DNA of 63,138 bases, filler included, from Olpidium bornovanus S191 (GCA_017911155.1; 33 parts of 33 records of this genome joined end to end with filler, not necessarily neighbours in it); one strand, 5' to 3'; shown: positions 12,019 to 23,914, counted from the whole stretch's first letter. The notes: a model not told the origin generated them from the sequence alone. Program-made: numbers and translations.

Positions 12019-12141
12019 CGCCGCGCCGTCTGCGCCGCCTGCATCCGCCCGCCGCGTTGTCTGCGCTGCCTGCATCCGCCTGCCGCGCCGTCCGTGCCGC
12101 TTGCACCGCCCGCCGCGCCGTCTGCGCCGCCTGCATCCGCC
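12019..12141. repeat. About 30-bp GC-rich imperfect tandem repeat (about 4 copies)
   Basis: Unit resembling cgccgcgccgtctgcgccgcctgcatccgcc repeated with substitutions. Confidence 0.7.
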
Positions 12142-12724
12142 CAGCGAAGGAGCTGGTTGAAGGGATGGTTCTTCCTCGGATTCCTCACTTTGTAGTGGGA
12201 CGTCGAAGTCGGAGTCTATTCGGGTGTGCCCGAGGGCCGACTGGCTATATATGTACAGGTCACGTGCCAGTCGACGTCGAGGGGGCAAACACTACAATAG
12301 GCTTCCCCTTTATCCTTGGCCTCTCCCTTCGATATCGTGGAAGCGACCGTACGCAAGAGCATCAAGCTCTCGAGTCCTACTGGTCCGCATCCGAGCGGAA
12401 CTGCCCGACATCTTGGTTCATCCACCACCATCTTCCTCCATTCGGCGGCTCGTTTGCTTGAACCCTGTCCTCGTAGGATACTTCGTCCCCACTGAAGAGA
12501 AAATCATTGTCGACATGNNNNNNNNNNNNNNNNNNNNNNNNNNNNNNNNNNNNNNNNNNNNTTAATTAATTAANNNNNNNNNNNNNNNNNNNNNNNNNNN
12601 NNNNNNNNNNNNNNNNNCCCAGGTCTTCTCTTTATTTCCATTTTTTTATTTCACTCGATTTGAGAGAAATACCCTCTCTTGCGCGTACTTCAACGAGAAG
12701 CCGGCTTTGCTGTTGAATCTAAAG

Positions 12725-14527
12725 CAACCTTCCCATGGAGCGTGTGAAGCAGCTCTCCGTCCTAATCGAAAACGAGCAATGGGTCCAGGCCGAGGTGCCG
12801 GTGGACTTTCAGCAGATAGTGAACCGAATTGCAGAGGCGGCGAGGGCAAAGTCGCTAGACGTTATCAAGGAGACGACGTCCCCGCTCGGCAGCGCAGGCG
12901 ACCTCCGACCAGGAACGCCGGGAGAAGCCAGTCAGGCGATGAAGCGGAACTCCACGGAGAGCATACATCCACCCTTGACCGCGGCTTCTCGGACAACCTC
13001 GAGAGCCTCGGTGGGTTCGGCGGCGTCAGGGGCCTCCCCGCGGCGGTTGGTCGTCCCCGCGCTGGCGTCCTCTGGCGATGAGGACGCAGGGCAGCAGGGG
13101 GTTTACGCCGTCGGGTGCGCGCTTATGCTGGTCAAGATGCTGGAGGACTACCTAGCGCTGGTCGCGAGGGTCCCGGTCGTGACGACGGACACACTGGGGC
13201 GGTTAGTTGAGATTTTGAAGGTGGGGGGTCGCGGAAAGTGGGAAAGTCTCTACTTGCAGATTTGCTCCGGCCGGTACCGCGAGACCTCTTGGGGAGGGAG
13301 GGACGTGTTTTAACCGACTGCGCATGCTTAATGCAGATTTTGAATTCTAAGACCTGCCAAGCCGTCCTAGGCGCCGGTGCTATGCGGTCGGCGGGCCTGA
13401 AAAACATAACCGCCAAGCACATTGGTGAGCGAGAAAGTCACCGGAAATGCGCCAAGAGAAATATCGTTTCGTTGACATGATGAATTTGCCTGGTGGAAAT
13501 CAGCGCTAGCAGCGCAATCGCTAGGCATGTTTATGGCTCTGGTACCCCTCGTTCGCGAGTGCATGACCGGAAATATGTCCCCGAAGCAGGCTGTGATGCT
13601 ATCTGAGCTTGACAGAGTCACTAGGGTATGTCGAAATATCCGTTGGACCGAAGAACAACGCTGCAATCTGCCGTCGGCTCTCACCGCGTGGCCCACCGCT
13701 CGAAAATCGGCAGGATTTTGCGGAGCACCAAACCGAGTTGTACGCCAAGCTGGTGTCGATAATGAACGACCGCCTCGAGATACACTGCCGGGCGATGCAG
13801 GTTTATTCGTTTGACAGACGCGCGCGGTCGATCTCAAGGAGGAAAAGATGCGAAGTGGGAGCTCAAAAACTTCGTTTTTGGCTATCTCGGCATGTAGGCA
13901 ACGGCGTGGGATGAGGTCGACCCTAAACAAACGACGGTGTCCCAGTCTGCATGGATGGAGGTTTTGGTCAAAGAGACGTCCACTCTGCACAAGGTGCTGG
14001 GGAAGTACCTCCCGGTCGACGCGCTCAAGGTGGGCTTCTCCCTCGCCGGCGCGATTCCTTTGCGCCCGGTTAACGTTGCGCCGCACGGGGGCGACTCTTC
14101 GTTCTTTTGCGCTGTGGAGCATGCTGAAAAAAAAAATAATTTTTTTCTCCCTCCTCGCAGCACGTCATGGGCAACGTCTTTGACTCGTACACGAAGCGGC
14201 TTGAGGACGAGGTGCGGAAGGTTGACGTGTACACGGTGGCTGGCAAGAACAGGTACGTCTCTTGTCGAGGCCCGCCCGCCCGGGAGCCGGGGTGCAGACT
14301 GCCCTTCCTCCGGTCTTTTCCCCGTTGACGGCGTTTGGGCGAATCCGGCTGCCCGGCCCAGGTTGCTGGCGGACATCCAGTACTTTCTGCGGCGCCTCAA
14401 CGACCTCGAGAACGTCGACGGCCCTGGGAGTGGGCTAGCCGTGGCGGTGAACAATCTGAAAGTCAAAGAGCGGCCGCCGCGGCGATCGTCCGCCGAGTAC
14501 GCCGCGAGCACCCCGAACGGGAGGTGA
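12725..14527 (+). CDS. VPS54: GARP complex subunit Vps54, 3' part (7 exons)
   Basis: IENEQWVQAEVPVDFQ..|ILNSKTCQAVLGAGAMRSAGLKNITAKHI|ALAAQSL..|DFAEHQTELYAKLVSIMNDR..|WMEVLVKETSTLHKVLGKYLP..|RLLADIQYF; all introns GT-AG and in phase. Confidence 0.93.
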
Positions 14528-14706
14528 CCGGCGGCAGGAACACGAGCAGTAACATAGATAGAGGAGCCCCTTTGTTTTCGGACATTGGGGGAGCGGGGTG
14601 ACCCGCCCGTCATTCGCATCCAGAGCTTTTTCAGTACCTTACACTGGCTCTTCAATCGCGGCACATCCGGGGCGCGGGAAAAAAAAGAGCAGGCGATCAC
14701 GAATTC

Positions 14707-14747
<41 letters not shown>

Positions 14748-14871
14748 AAAGAAGAAAAAACNNNNNNNNNNNNNNNNNNNNNNNNNNNNNNNNNNNNNNN
14801 NNNNNTTAATTAATTAANNNNNNNNNNNNNNNNNNNNNNNNNNNNNNNNNNNNNNNNNNNNAAAGGCGGGG

Positions 14872-14953
<82 letters not shown>

Positions 14954-14956
14954 GAA

Positions 14957-15007
<51 letters not shown>

Positions 15008-15061
15008 GACACACACATTTCCTTCCCTTCCCTTCCCTTCCCCCTTCCCCTCCCCTCCCCT

Positions 15062-16297
15062 ATGGAGCTGCAGCAGCAGCAGCACCAGCAGCAGCAGCCG
15101 CCGCCGCCGCCGCCGCCGCCGCCGCCCGCCGCGGCTTTTCTCCCGCCTCCGTCCTCCCCGTCTGCCCATGCAGCCGCCGCCGCCGCCGCCGCCGAGCACA
15201 AGAAACAACAACCCCTCCCGCCGGCCCCGCCGCCGCCGCCGCCGCCCCAACAGCGGCCGCCGCCCGGAACAGTCGCCGCCGCGGACCCGCCGCTCGCCCA
15301 TGCCGCCGGGAGGACCCCCGCGGCCGCGGCCGCGCCCGCGCCCGCGCCGGCCGCGGGCGTCCCGCGCGGGCCCGCCCCGCCGCAACCCGCCCAGCCGGGC
15401 CCGAACGCCGCCGCCGCGTTGACGCCGCAGGCCCCGCCCCCGAAGCTGCCCGCCGCCGCCGCCGCCGCCGCCGCGCAGCAGCAGCCCCCGCCGCCGCCGC
15501 CGCCGCCGCAGTTCCGCCCGCAGCCCGCCTTCGTGCCCGCCCCGTCGCCGGGAAACGCCGCCGCGCGGCTGCCTCTTTCCTTCCAGCCGCACATGGGCCC
15601 GCAACCTCCGACCTACGGCTCGCCGGCGCAGCCTTCCCAAGCTTTCCAATCTCAGCCGAATCACGCGATGCTACCGCAGCAGCCGGCCGCGCCGGCGCCC
15701 CACAGCCTCACGCCGGACCAGCTGCGGAACCTCCTGCAGGTACGAACGGGTTTGGGAGGAGGAGGGTGGCCCCTCTTCTCCGGGTACCTGCGGAGCCCTG
15801 CTACCTTTTCCCCGTCCCGAGTCACTTATCTGGTCGGCGCATTTTTCTTTTGATCTGTCGGCGCGTAGAACATCCAAGCGATGAAAGTGCGAGGAGCGAC
15901 GGAGGCGAGCAACCCGAGGTACGCGGAGTTGGTGGCCTTTCTCCGCTCGTACTCGGCGCACAACGCGCAGCTCCAGCAGCTGGTGTCGCAGTACTCGCAA
16001 CAGGGAAGTCCAACGGAACCCGCGGCGATAAACCTTAACGGTTAGTTTTCGGCTGCTGGAAACCGCGGTTGCCGCCTCTGCGCCGGTGTGCCTAATGCCC
16101 CCGCGACGCGCGAATTTTGGTTAGTCGGTTCCGGCGTGGTGCCACCTGCCGCCCCTGTGAGCGGCCATACAGAAGCCAATAGAGGCGCCCCGTCTGGGAC
16201 AGCGGCCCAGGCTTCGCAATCGTCAAAAGCTGCCCCTGGTTCGGCGACGCACCCGTACACCCAAGCCCAGCTCTCTGCCCTGAGGCTTCAAATCATG
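15062..16297 (+). CDS. SNF2: SWI/SNF-family ATPase (Snf2/Sth1/Brahma type), N-terminal fragment reaching the QLQ domain
   Basis: Q/P/A-rich N-terminus, then LTPDQLRNLLQ|NIQAMKVRGATEASNPRYAELVAFL and QLQ motif YTQAQLSALRLQIM at the contig end. Confidence 0.8.
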
Positions 16298-16397
16298 NNN
16301 NNNNNNNNNNNNNNNNNNNNNNNNNNNNNNNNNNNNNNNNNTTAATTAATTAANNNNNNNNNNNNNNNNNNNNNNNNNNNNNNNNNNNNNNNNNNNN

Positions 16398-17894
16398 CCA
16401 TGCCTTCGACTCGACGTGCAAGCAGATCGACGTGTACAACCTAACCGCGCGTCCCATCGTCGAAAGCGTGCTGAACGGGTGTGAGAGAGGGAGAGAGAGC
16501 CCTTGCATTTGCAGTCCTTTCTAAATTCGGCTTCGACCGGATGTCCCCTCCGCAAACGTCGGAGCGGTAAAAACGTGTGCTCAGAAGTCCATCCCCCCGA
16601 TCTCCAATCAGGTACAACGGAACAATCTTTGCGTACGGTCAGGTAAAAACAAGTCCCGTTTGGCGCACGCCAGGGGGAAAGGGGGGGGGGGGGGGGGGTG
16701 GACATCCGTTTTTAAACGCGGATCGCGGGCAGGCCGCCGACACCTCCCCTCCGGTCCCCGCCTGCGGTTGTTTTTTTGTTTTTCCCAGACAGGAACCGGA
16801 AAGACGTTCTCCATGGAAGGCGTCAGGGACGTTCCAGAACTGCGGGGGATCCTTCCAAACTCGTTCGAGCACATTTTTGCCCACATCGGCGCGGCGCCCC
16901 CGACGGCGAGGTACCTTGTGCGGGCTTCGTACCTGGAGATCTACACCGAGGAAATCCGAGACCTCCTCATAAAGGGCGGGGCGAACAATAAGCTCGAGAT
17001 CAAGGAGCGCTCCGACATCGGCGTGTACGTCAAGGACATCAGCTCCTTCGTCGTCAAGGACGTCGCGGAGATGGAGAAGCTGATGACAGCGGGCAACAAA
17101 AACCGCAGCGTCGGGTTCACCGAGATGAACGCGCGGAGCTCGCGCAGCCACAGCATATTCACGATCACCATCGAGGCCAGCGACCCGGACCCCGACGACG
17201 GCGGCGAGGGCCACATCCGAATGGGGAAGCTGCACCTCGTCGACCTTGCCGGATCCGAGCGTCAGGCCAAGACGCAGGCAGCAGGCGAGCGGCTGAAAGA
17301 GGCGGCGAAGATTAACCTCAGCCTGTCTGCCCTCGGGAACGTCATATCTGCGCTCGTTGACGGGAAGAGCGCGCACATTCCCTACCGCGACTCGAAGCTG
17401 ACTAGGCTGCTCCAAGACTCGCTCGGCGGCAACGCGAAAACGCTCATGATCGCCACGCTGAGCCCGGCGAGTTACAACTACGACGAGACCCTGGGCACAC
17501 TGCGGTACGCGAACAGGGCGAAAAATATCAAGAACAAGCCGAAGATCAACGAGGATCCGAAGGTTGGCGAACAAACCCTTGCTTGCGATCCTTTCGCGAA
17601 GGAGTTTTTTCTTTTCCTTTTTTTTTTTTTTCGCTGTTAACAAAGTCCAGGGGGGAGACCTGGGGAGCATTTGGCCAACCCGCTGATTTTTTTTTTTTTT
17701 TTGCGCCACTACAGGATGCGATGCTGCGGGAATACCAAGAAGAGATCAAGCGGCTCAAGGCGCAATTGGAAGGCATGGACGAAAGTGCGCCGGCGGCGGA
17801 AGAAGAGGGCGAAGAGGAGGTGGAAGAAGAAGAGGTGGAGGAAGTGGAAGAGGAGGAAGAAGAGGAACAAGCAGCGGCAGGAAAGGGAAACGCG
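16398..17894 (+). CDS. KIF3: Kinesin-2 (KIF3A/B) motor domain, partial (4 exons)
   Basis: FAYGQ|[81 protein letters not shown]|[11 protein letters not shown]: kinesin-2 neck signature. Confidence 0.95.
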
Positions 17895-18756
17895 NNNNNN
17901 NNNNNNNNNNNNNNNNNNNNNNNNNNNNNNNNNNNNNNTTAATTAATTAANNNNNNNNNNNNNNNNNNNNNNNNNNNNNNNNNNNNNNNNNNNNCATGTG
18001 AGGGGATTCTCCTGTTATCGTGTGTGGTGTCACGTTATGGGCGAACCCGAAGAGTGGGATTGCAGCGAGCCAGTCGCCTTCGCGTGTCCTGAGGTAAGTC
18101 TGCAGCATCGACTTGACTACGCCAATAGCCCGCTGTCGGCGACGAAGCCGACGTCACAAGCGCATCGAGTCCGAGCAGCAGAGAGGGCAGGGCCGGCTTT
18201 GGGCCGGCAGGGGGCTCTGGGCGATCCGGTCAGTAGGCGTGCTTTCGTGCCGCACTCGGCTTGGCATCGATGGCGCTACGACGCGGCTTCGACCTCCTCC
18301 GCAGCCGACGCTGCGCGAGAAAGGACGGGGAAGGGAAAAGAAAAGAGAGAGCAGCCGACGCCGCTCGACCCGTAGCGGTGGCCAAAGCCTCCGCTTGAAC
18401 GGGCCCAAAAGTGAACACGACGCTGGAACAAGCCCGACGGCTTTGTTTATTTCGATGACGAGCGGATGGGTTATAGTTTGGTTTTGTGGCGAGTTCGACG
18501 GGCGAGTTTTACGTCTAGGGTTTGGCGTCGGGGAAAAAAAAAAGGGGGGGGCAAAACCAAAACAATTCGAAACAAATGGGCTGCGTCGACGCACGTGACC
18601 CTGATAATCGAAAGCAAAAGACGAGCGCAAACGAGCGAGACAATGCAGAACGAGCGAAACGATGCAAAAGGGACGAAACCGAGGGGAACGGGGTTTGAAG
18701 CTAGAGTAATCGAAGTCGGGGCCGATGCCCGCCAAGGGCCATTTTAGGCGCCAACA

Positions 18757-19264
18757 CCGCTCGGCTTGTCCATCCGTTTGCTGATGTCGGGCTGTCGCCA
18801 GAAATTGTTGTATCCTGAGTTGTTTGCATGCTTCTTTCCAGAAGTCCGACGTCCATACTGTGCCGCGATCTGTCACGATATCGTCAGGCAAGCCTTGGTG
18901 GCAGAACACATGTTTGACGAAAGGCGCCGCTGTTGCGGCTGCGGGATTGTCTTTCCTGGCTGAAATGTGAGGTGCAGGAACTTTGTGAGACGGTCGATGA
19001 CAAGAATGATGTTGTCGACCCCGCCAGCTGGGTAAGGCGGTGCGAAGACGTCCATGCCTAGGTGAGTGAACCGGGTTGGCGGGATGGGGAGTGGATGCAG
19101 CATTCCTTGTACTTGGTTCCCAAGCTTGTGGCGCTTGCATGAATCGCATGTCTTTGCCCAAGAGCGGACGTCTTTGCACATTTTCGGCCAGAAAAACTTT
19201 TTTTTGAGGGTGGCCAGCGTGCGTCCGCTTCCTGGATGAGCCGTGGCGTGTATGGCAGAGATCA
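18757..19264 (-). mobile_element. Ty3/gypsy-type integrase relic, frameshifted and truncated
   Basis: HATAHPG..FWPKMCKDVRSWAKTCDSC (HHCC), MD..VIDRLTKF, then a shift near 18950 to TDRG..(35 aa)..TDGQAER (D,D35E). Confidence 0.92.
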
Positions 19265-19377
19265 NNNNNNNNNNNNNNNNNNNNNNNNNNNNNNNNNNNN
19301 NNNNNNNNTTAATTAATTAANNNNNNNNNNNNNNNNNNNNNNNNNNNNNNNNNNNNNNNNNNNNCTCCAATTCCAAA

Positions 19378-19563
19378 ATGCGCAGCTCTTTCGCTTCTGC
19401 CGGCGGCCTCTTCGCCAGGCTTCTCGCCGTCTTCGTCGTCTGCCTGCTGGGTCTGGCCGTGACGGCGGACGCCCAGTTTGCATGCATCAGCACGGCACCT
19501 AGTTATCCAGCTGACGCATACGTACCTTCAAATCGCCACGGGTGCTCCGTCTGCGGCTCGTGA
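19378..19563 (+). CDS. Short protein or first exon with signal peptide
   Basis: aaaATG context; MRSSFASAGGLFARLLAVFVVCLLGLAVTADA has n/h/c regions with an A-D-A cleavage-like site. Confidence 0.5.
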   Translation: MRSSFASAGGLFARLLAVFVVCLLGLAVTADAQFACISTAPSYPADAYVPSNRHGCSVCGS

Positions 19564-21450
19564 AAAGGGTGGGAGGGGCCCCGTTGGCGTTAAGCAGAGG
19601 CATCTGAGGATCCCCGCGGGAGGTCGGTGTCCCGCCGAGCGGCCGCTTCCCCCGGGACGCCACCAGAAGGAAGGGCAGACATTCCGCCTTCCGCGCCCCG
19701 CCCGTTTTGCCCTCCTCCCCAGCGCTCGCGCCGTCCGCGCGACCGACGCTCTTTCCCGCCTAATCAAACGCGGGCAAAAAAGGAACAAAAAACGCCGCGC
19801 GGCACGCGAAGAAAAAATGCCGTTTTCGCCGCCGCGGGACCCAACCCCTCCCTCCTCCGCCTCCTCCGCGCGCGCCGCCGCCGAGTGCACAGTCTCCCGC
19901 GCCGAATTCCCCGCTTTTTCCTTTCGTTTTCCAAAACGCCAGATGACCGCGCGGGCGGGGGAGCCCGGAGTGCAAACGCGATCTCACGCGAACTTCTCCC
20001 CGCCCCCCGGAAGCGCGGCCACGTCCCTCGCGTCCGAAACTAGACGACCGCGAGGCGCCTCGCCGCGTTTTGAGCGCTCCGCCTGCCGCCGACTTCCCGT
20101 TCACTTCTCTTTTGCCTCGTTTTAAACATTCCCCGAACTCTTCTTCGGCATCCCAACCGATCGGCTCATCTTTCTCGCGCGTCCTCCCGCCCGCCTGACA
20201 TCCCACGCTCTCGCCCGCGCTCCCTCCGTCTTTCCTCCGCTCCCCTCGCTTCCTCCCTCCACACGCTCCGCTCCAACATTCCTTTCCTCCCTCACCTCCC
20301 CCCCCCCGTCCGCAACCCTTCCTCCATATACATCCCTTGTGCGAGCGCGTAAGCCAGAGGGAGAAAGAGAAGGTTGGAGGTGTGGGCGGAGCTCAAGGCT
20401 TGTGTGCACCTGAAAATCCGGACGTTACATTCTTTCCCACTCCAGCTGGAGCACCGTTCTAGGCACCCTTATTGAGCAGCACGACTCGAGACAGTCCGCG
20501 GAGGTTCGGACGCGCCTTCGCCATTTTGCGACGACCGCGCACTGTTTCCTGGCGTCACGTCTTTGTACTTTCCGTTTCATTGCTATTTCTCCTTTGAGGT
20601 TTTGAAAGTTTCCGCCACTGCACGGGACGAAGTCAAAGCGCTCTGTAAGCGAAACGCAACAAGCAGATTTTGCTGACCACAAGCCGTTGCAAAAACTCAT
20701 ACCATGCATTTTAACTCGCTAAATGATCGACCGGGAAAGCTGCAGAATATTTCGTCCCATCGCGGTTATCCATGACTGCGACTAATCAAAAATTTCATCA
20801 TAATTTTCTCATCAGATGTCCAAGGTTTGTGCGGCAGCCCTCCGCAGGCTGCGGACGTTTTGTCGTTCGGCATACTCAACTTCCTTCCCANNNNNNNNNN
20901 NNNNNNNNNNNNNNNNNNNNNNNNNNNNNNNNNNTTAATTAATTAANNNNNNNNNNNNNNNNNNNNNNNNNNNNNNNNNNNNNNNNNNNNCATGGGTCCA
21001 GGGCTGAAGAGGGCGGGCTAAGCCTCCCAAAAAAACGTTTACCGGAGGACGTGCCCGCGGGGAGTCACGAAAGTCTGGCAGCTTCGCGGCGCTTCGCCCG
21101 TTTCGCAAGTTCCGCGGCAGGCATCTTCGGGCGTTGCGCCGGGGCCAAGACTACTACTACACCAGGGGAGGCAGTGACGTGCACGGAGCAAAGGAGACGC
21201 CGACCGCACCCGGAAGAGGCAGGGTGCTGCCGCTGCGCTGAGCGTCTCTGCAAAAAAAAGAGGAAAAAAAAAGTTTCAGCGCACGAGGAGAGAGGTGTTA
21301 CGGGAGTTTTGCGTGACGCCGGCGGTGAGAGCCAGCACGGCGGGCACGGGTGCTCGCTGGTTGGCCGGAGTTCCGGTTTGGTTTTCACGGGGGCGTTTGC
21401 CCCGCCGCTTTTTCGCGGGCGGAAACTGATTCAACGGAAAGACCCCGTCC

Positions 21451-22519
21451 ATGGCGCTGCCTGGAGTAGCGGACTTGATTGACCCGCCCGAGTACTCGGA
21501 CGGCGTCGAGGAGGCCGCCTGGCCTGACCCCGTTCTCGCGGACGGCGACGAGCCGCCGCCCCAGCTCGCTGCCGAGCAGGCGGCCGACGGGACCGCGCCT
21601 CCCTTGCCGTACTGGCGCCGGGTGAAGGAGGAGCAACCGGTGCACTCGCTGTACCTCTTCAGGCTCGGAGCTGCACTGAAGGCGCACCTGGAGGGGCGAG
21701 ACCCGCTGGCGGCCGAGCAGGAAAGCGGGAAGGGCGGGTTCCCCTCGTCCGCTGCCACGCGGTTGTCTCGGCTCCCGAAAGGCTATGCACTGTTCACTCA
21801 GGTCAAGGGGACCAGGACGGACACGTACCTCTGCGGTGAGGGGCGGGGCGGGGAACACGGAGGCAGATAAGATCCTGGTAGAACGGGGAAAAAGGGCGTT
21901 CCGCCCCTTCGGGTTTTTCGCCAGGCCCCGGGAAAAGGCGCGCAATGGTTTGGCGGCTTGACCGCCGTGGCGGCCTGACCACCCTCTCGCCCGGTTCGAA
22001 CGTTCGCAGGTTTGAAAGGGAAAAGATTTCGTTCACCGAAGGAATTCATTCCGCACTTAATATGGCTGGCTTCGGGTGAGCATCCCGGTCGCTTTCCTGT
22101 CCAGGAAAAAGAATAAAAGATAACGGGCTTTACGCGTCAATGTCGTTCAATACGGGATCTTCTGCTAACGCTCCTGCCTCATTTGATGTGATTGGGCCGG
22201 CAAGACGAGACGCACGACAACAACAATTGCACGTGCACGCACTGTCCCAAGTCGGCGGCCGCTTCCGCGTCGGACAGGAAGGAGCGGAAGCGCGACAAAA
22301 CACAGGACACGCCCGCTCGCCGCGAAGACTTTGGCGGGGATGAACAGACGCCGACGAGGGTGCGGTCGGCGAAGTGGAAGGCGCGAGACGAGCTAAAGGA
22401 TCTGACGGTCCACGCGACCGTTGTCCCGAAGAAGCGAGCTACGGATGCCGCAGGACGGGCCGAAGAGGACGGGAACGGGACCGCGGAGAAAGCGGGAAAA
22501 ATCCTTCACTTGGACGGGG
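21451..22519 (+). CDS. CLR2: Clr2-like transcription-silencing protein, N-terminal domain, partial (3 exons)
   Basis: LPKGYALFTQVKGTRTDTYLC|GLKGKRFRSPKEFIPHLIWLAS|DETHDNNNCTCTHC fits the Clr2 N-terminal motif LPxGY..D.YL.G..F.Sp.EF.pHl.WL..CxCxxC; exons 21451-21835, 22010-22075, 22205-end. Confidence 0.8.
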
Positions 22520-22628
22520 NNNNNNNNNNNNNNNNNNNNNNNNNNNNNNNNNNNNNNNNNNNNTTAATTAATTAANNNNNNNNNNNNNNNNNNNNNNNNN
22601 NNNNNNNNNNNNNNNNNNNAGGAGAAAA

Positions 22629-22682
<54 letters not shown>

Positions 22683-22729
22683 GGTATCAATATCTCAGGA
22701 ACAGGAAAATGCAAACCGGTATAGATGCG

Positions 22730-23770
22730 CTAAAGAAAAGCACGCACCAAACCGAGCTGATCCGGCCTTTTGAGGAGTCTTCGTCCGCGGATGGCCCATT
22801 CGCCGACAGTCTTCGCTCCGTGCCAGGCTTTGCAGACGGGATCAGGACGTCGAACTGCGCTGCAGCCCAGGTAGCGATTTCGGAGGGCTGCGGTCTCCCA
22901 AGGAGCAAGCGGGAGCTCGAAACTCTCCTCCGCCGTGCCCGCGCCCGAGCGGGCGTTAAGCAACCGGCTTCTGCGCTCCCGCACCGCGCCTACGACGTCA
23001 GAGTTCTGCATCACCGGGGAATCAGACGTCGACGTCACCGTCGAGGCGATGTGCGTTCCGGACGACGCCGGGCGAGAGGAAGTCGGCGAAGTGGAGTGCG
23101 AGCTGGGATCCATAAGATACGACACCGTCCCTTCGCGCTTCCTCACGTCGTCCAAAACATCCCCCGCCTCGGATTCCTGCTCCCTCGCCAAGTCCTCGTA
23201 ATCTAATCCGCCGCCGTCCGTCCGAACGCGAAAATTTTTTTTCCAAAGCGCGATCGTCGAATGGTGCACGGGGAAAGCTTGATTATTTCCTGCAAGTACC
23301 CGGAGAGCTGAAAAACCCCGCTGGGACGTGGCCTCGCCCGTCACGGCTGGTGCGCGGATCTGGCATGTACGGCAAAACGCGCCATTACACGACACCGGTT
23401 AAGCGGATTGATCGCATTTTGCGGGTGTTATCGTCAACGCTTCCCCGGATCGTTGGCGATCATGTTAAGTCTTCCATTGTAGAGACAACCGGTGGATATT
23501 ACCGCACGTGTGCCGCGGGTGCTCCGGCGGTTTTTAATCGCGCGGCTCGCTCTCCTTCCCGGCTTCCTTCTGAAAGGTCTTCACCACTGTCTTATGTAAC
23601 TAGGGTTCCGATTGCGTTCTTAACTTTCCAGACTCGGTTTTTTTGGCCAGAGCGAATCACGTTTCCAATCTCCGCAAGCTGCGCGGCGGCACTCACCTTG
23701 TAGAAATCGCTGTATTTCCGCACCAGATGACGGACGGCTTCCGGCTCCTTCAGCTCAGTCTTAAGACATG
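22730..23770 (-). pseudogene. Bem1/Scd2-type PX-domain gene, disrupted
   Basis: RHLVRKYSDFYK|LHKTVVKTFQKEAGKESEPR + (insertion removed) VLPYMPDP; later PX segments VTGEATSQR and QLSGYLQEIIKL lie in different frames. Confidence 0.7.
23378..23543. mobile_element. 156-bp MITE-like insertion flanked by 5-bp direct repeat
   Basis: CGCGC at 23378-23382 and 23539-23543 flank 23383-23538; ends attacacgacaccgg versus reverse complement attaaaaaccgccgg agree at 10/15. Confidence 0.55.
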
Positions 23771-23914
23771 NNNNNNNNNNNNNNNNNNNNNNNNNNNNNN
23801 NNNNNNNNNNNNNNTTAATTAATTAANNNNNNNNNNNNNNNNNNNNNNNNNNNNNNNNNNNNNNNNNNNNCATGGTTCGCCGGCAGGAGATGCGGACAGA
23901 TACTTGCACCTTAC

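Noticed and set aside
18013-18756. 744-bp solo LTR (TGTT..AACA)
   Set aside because: Flanks TCTCC and CCGCT do not form a target-site duplication, so the left boundary is unsupported.
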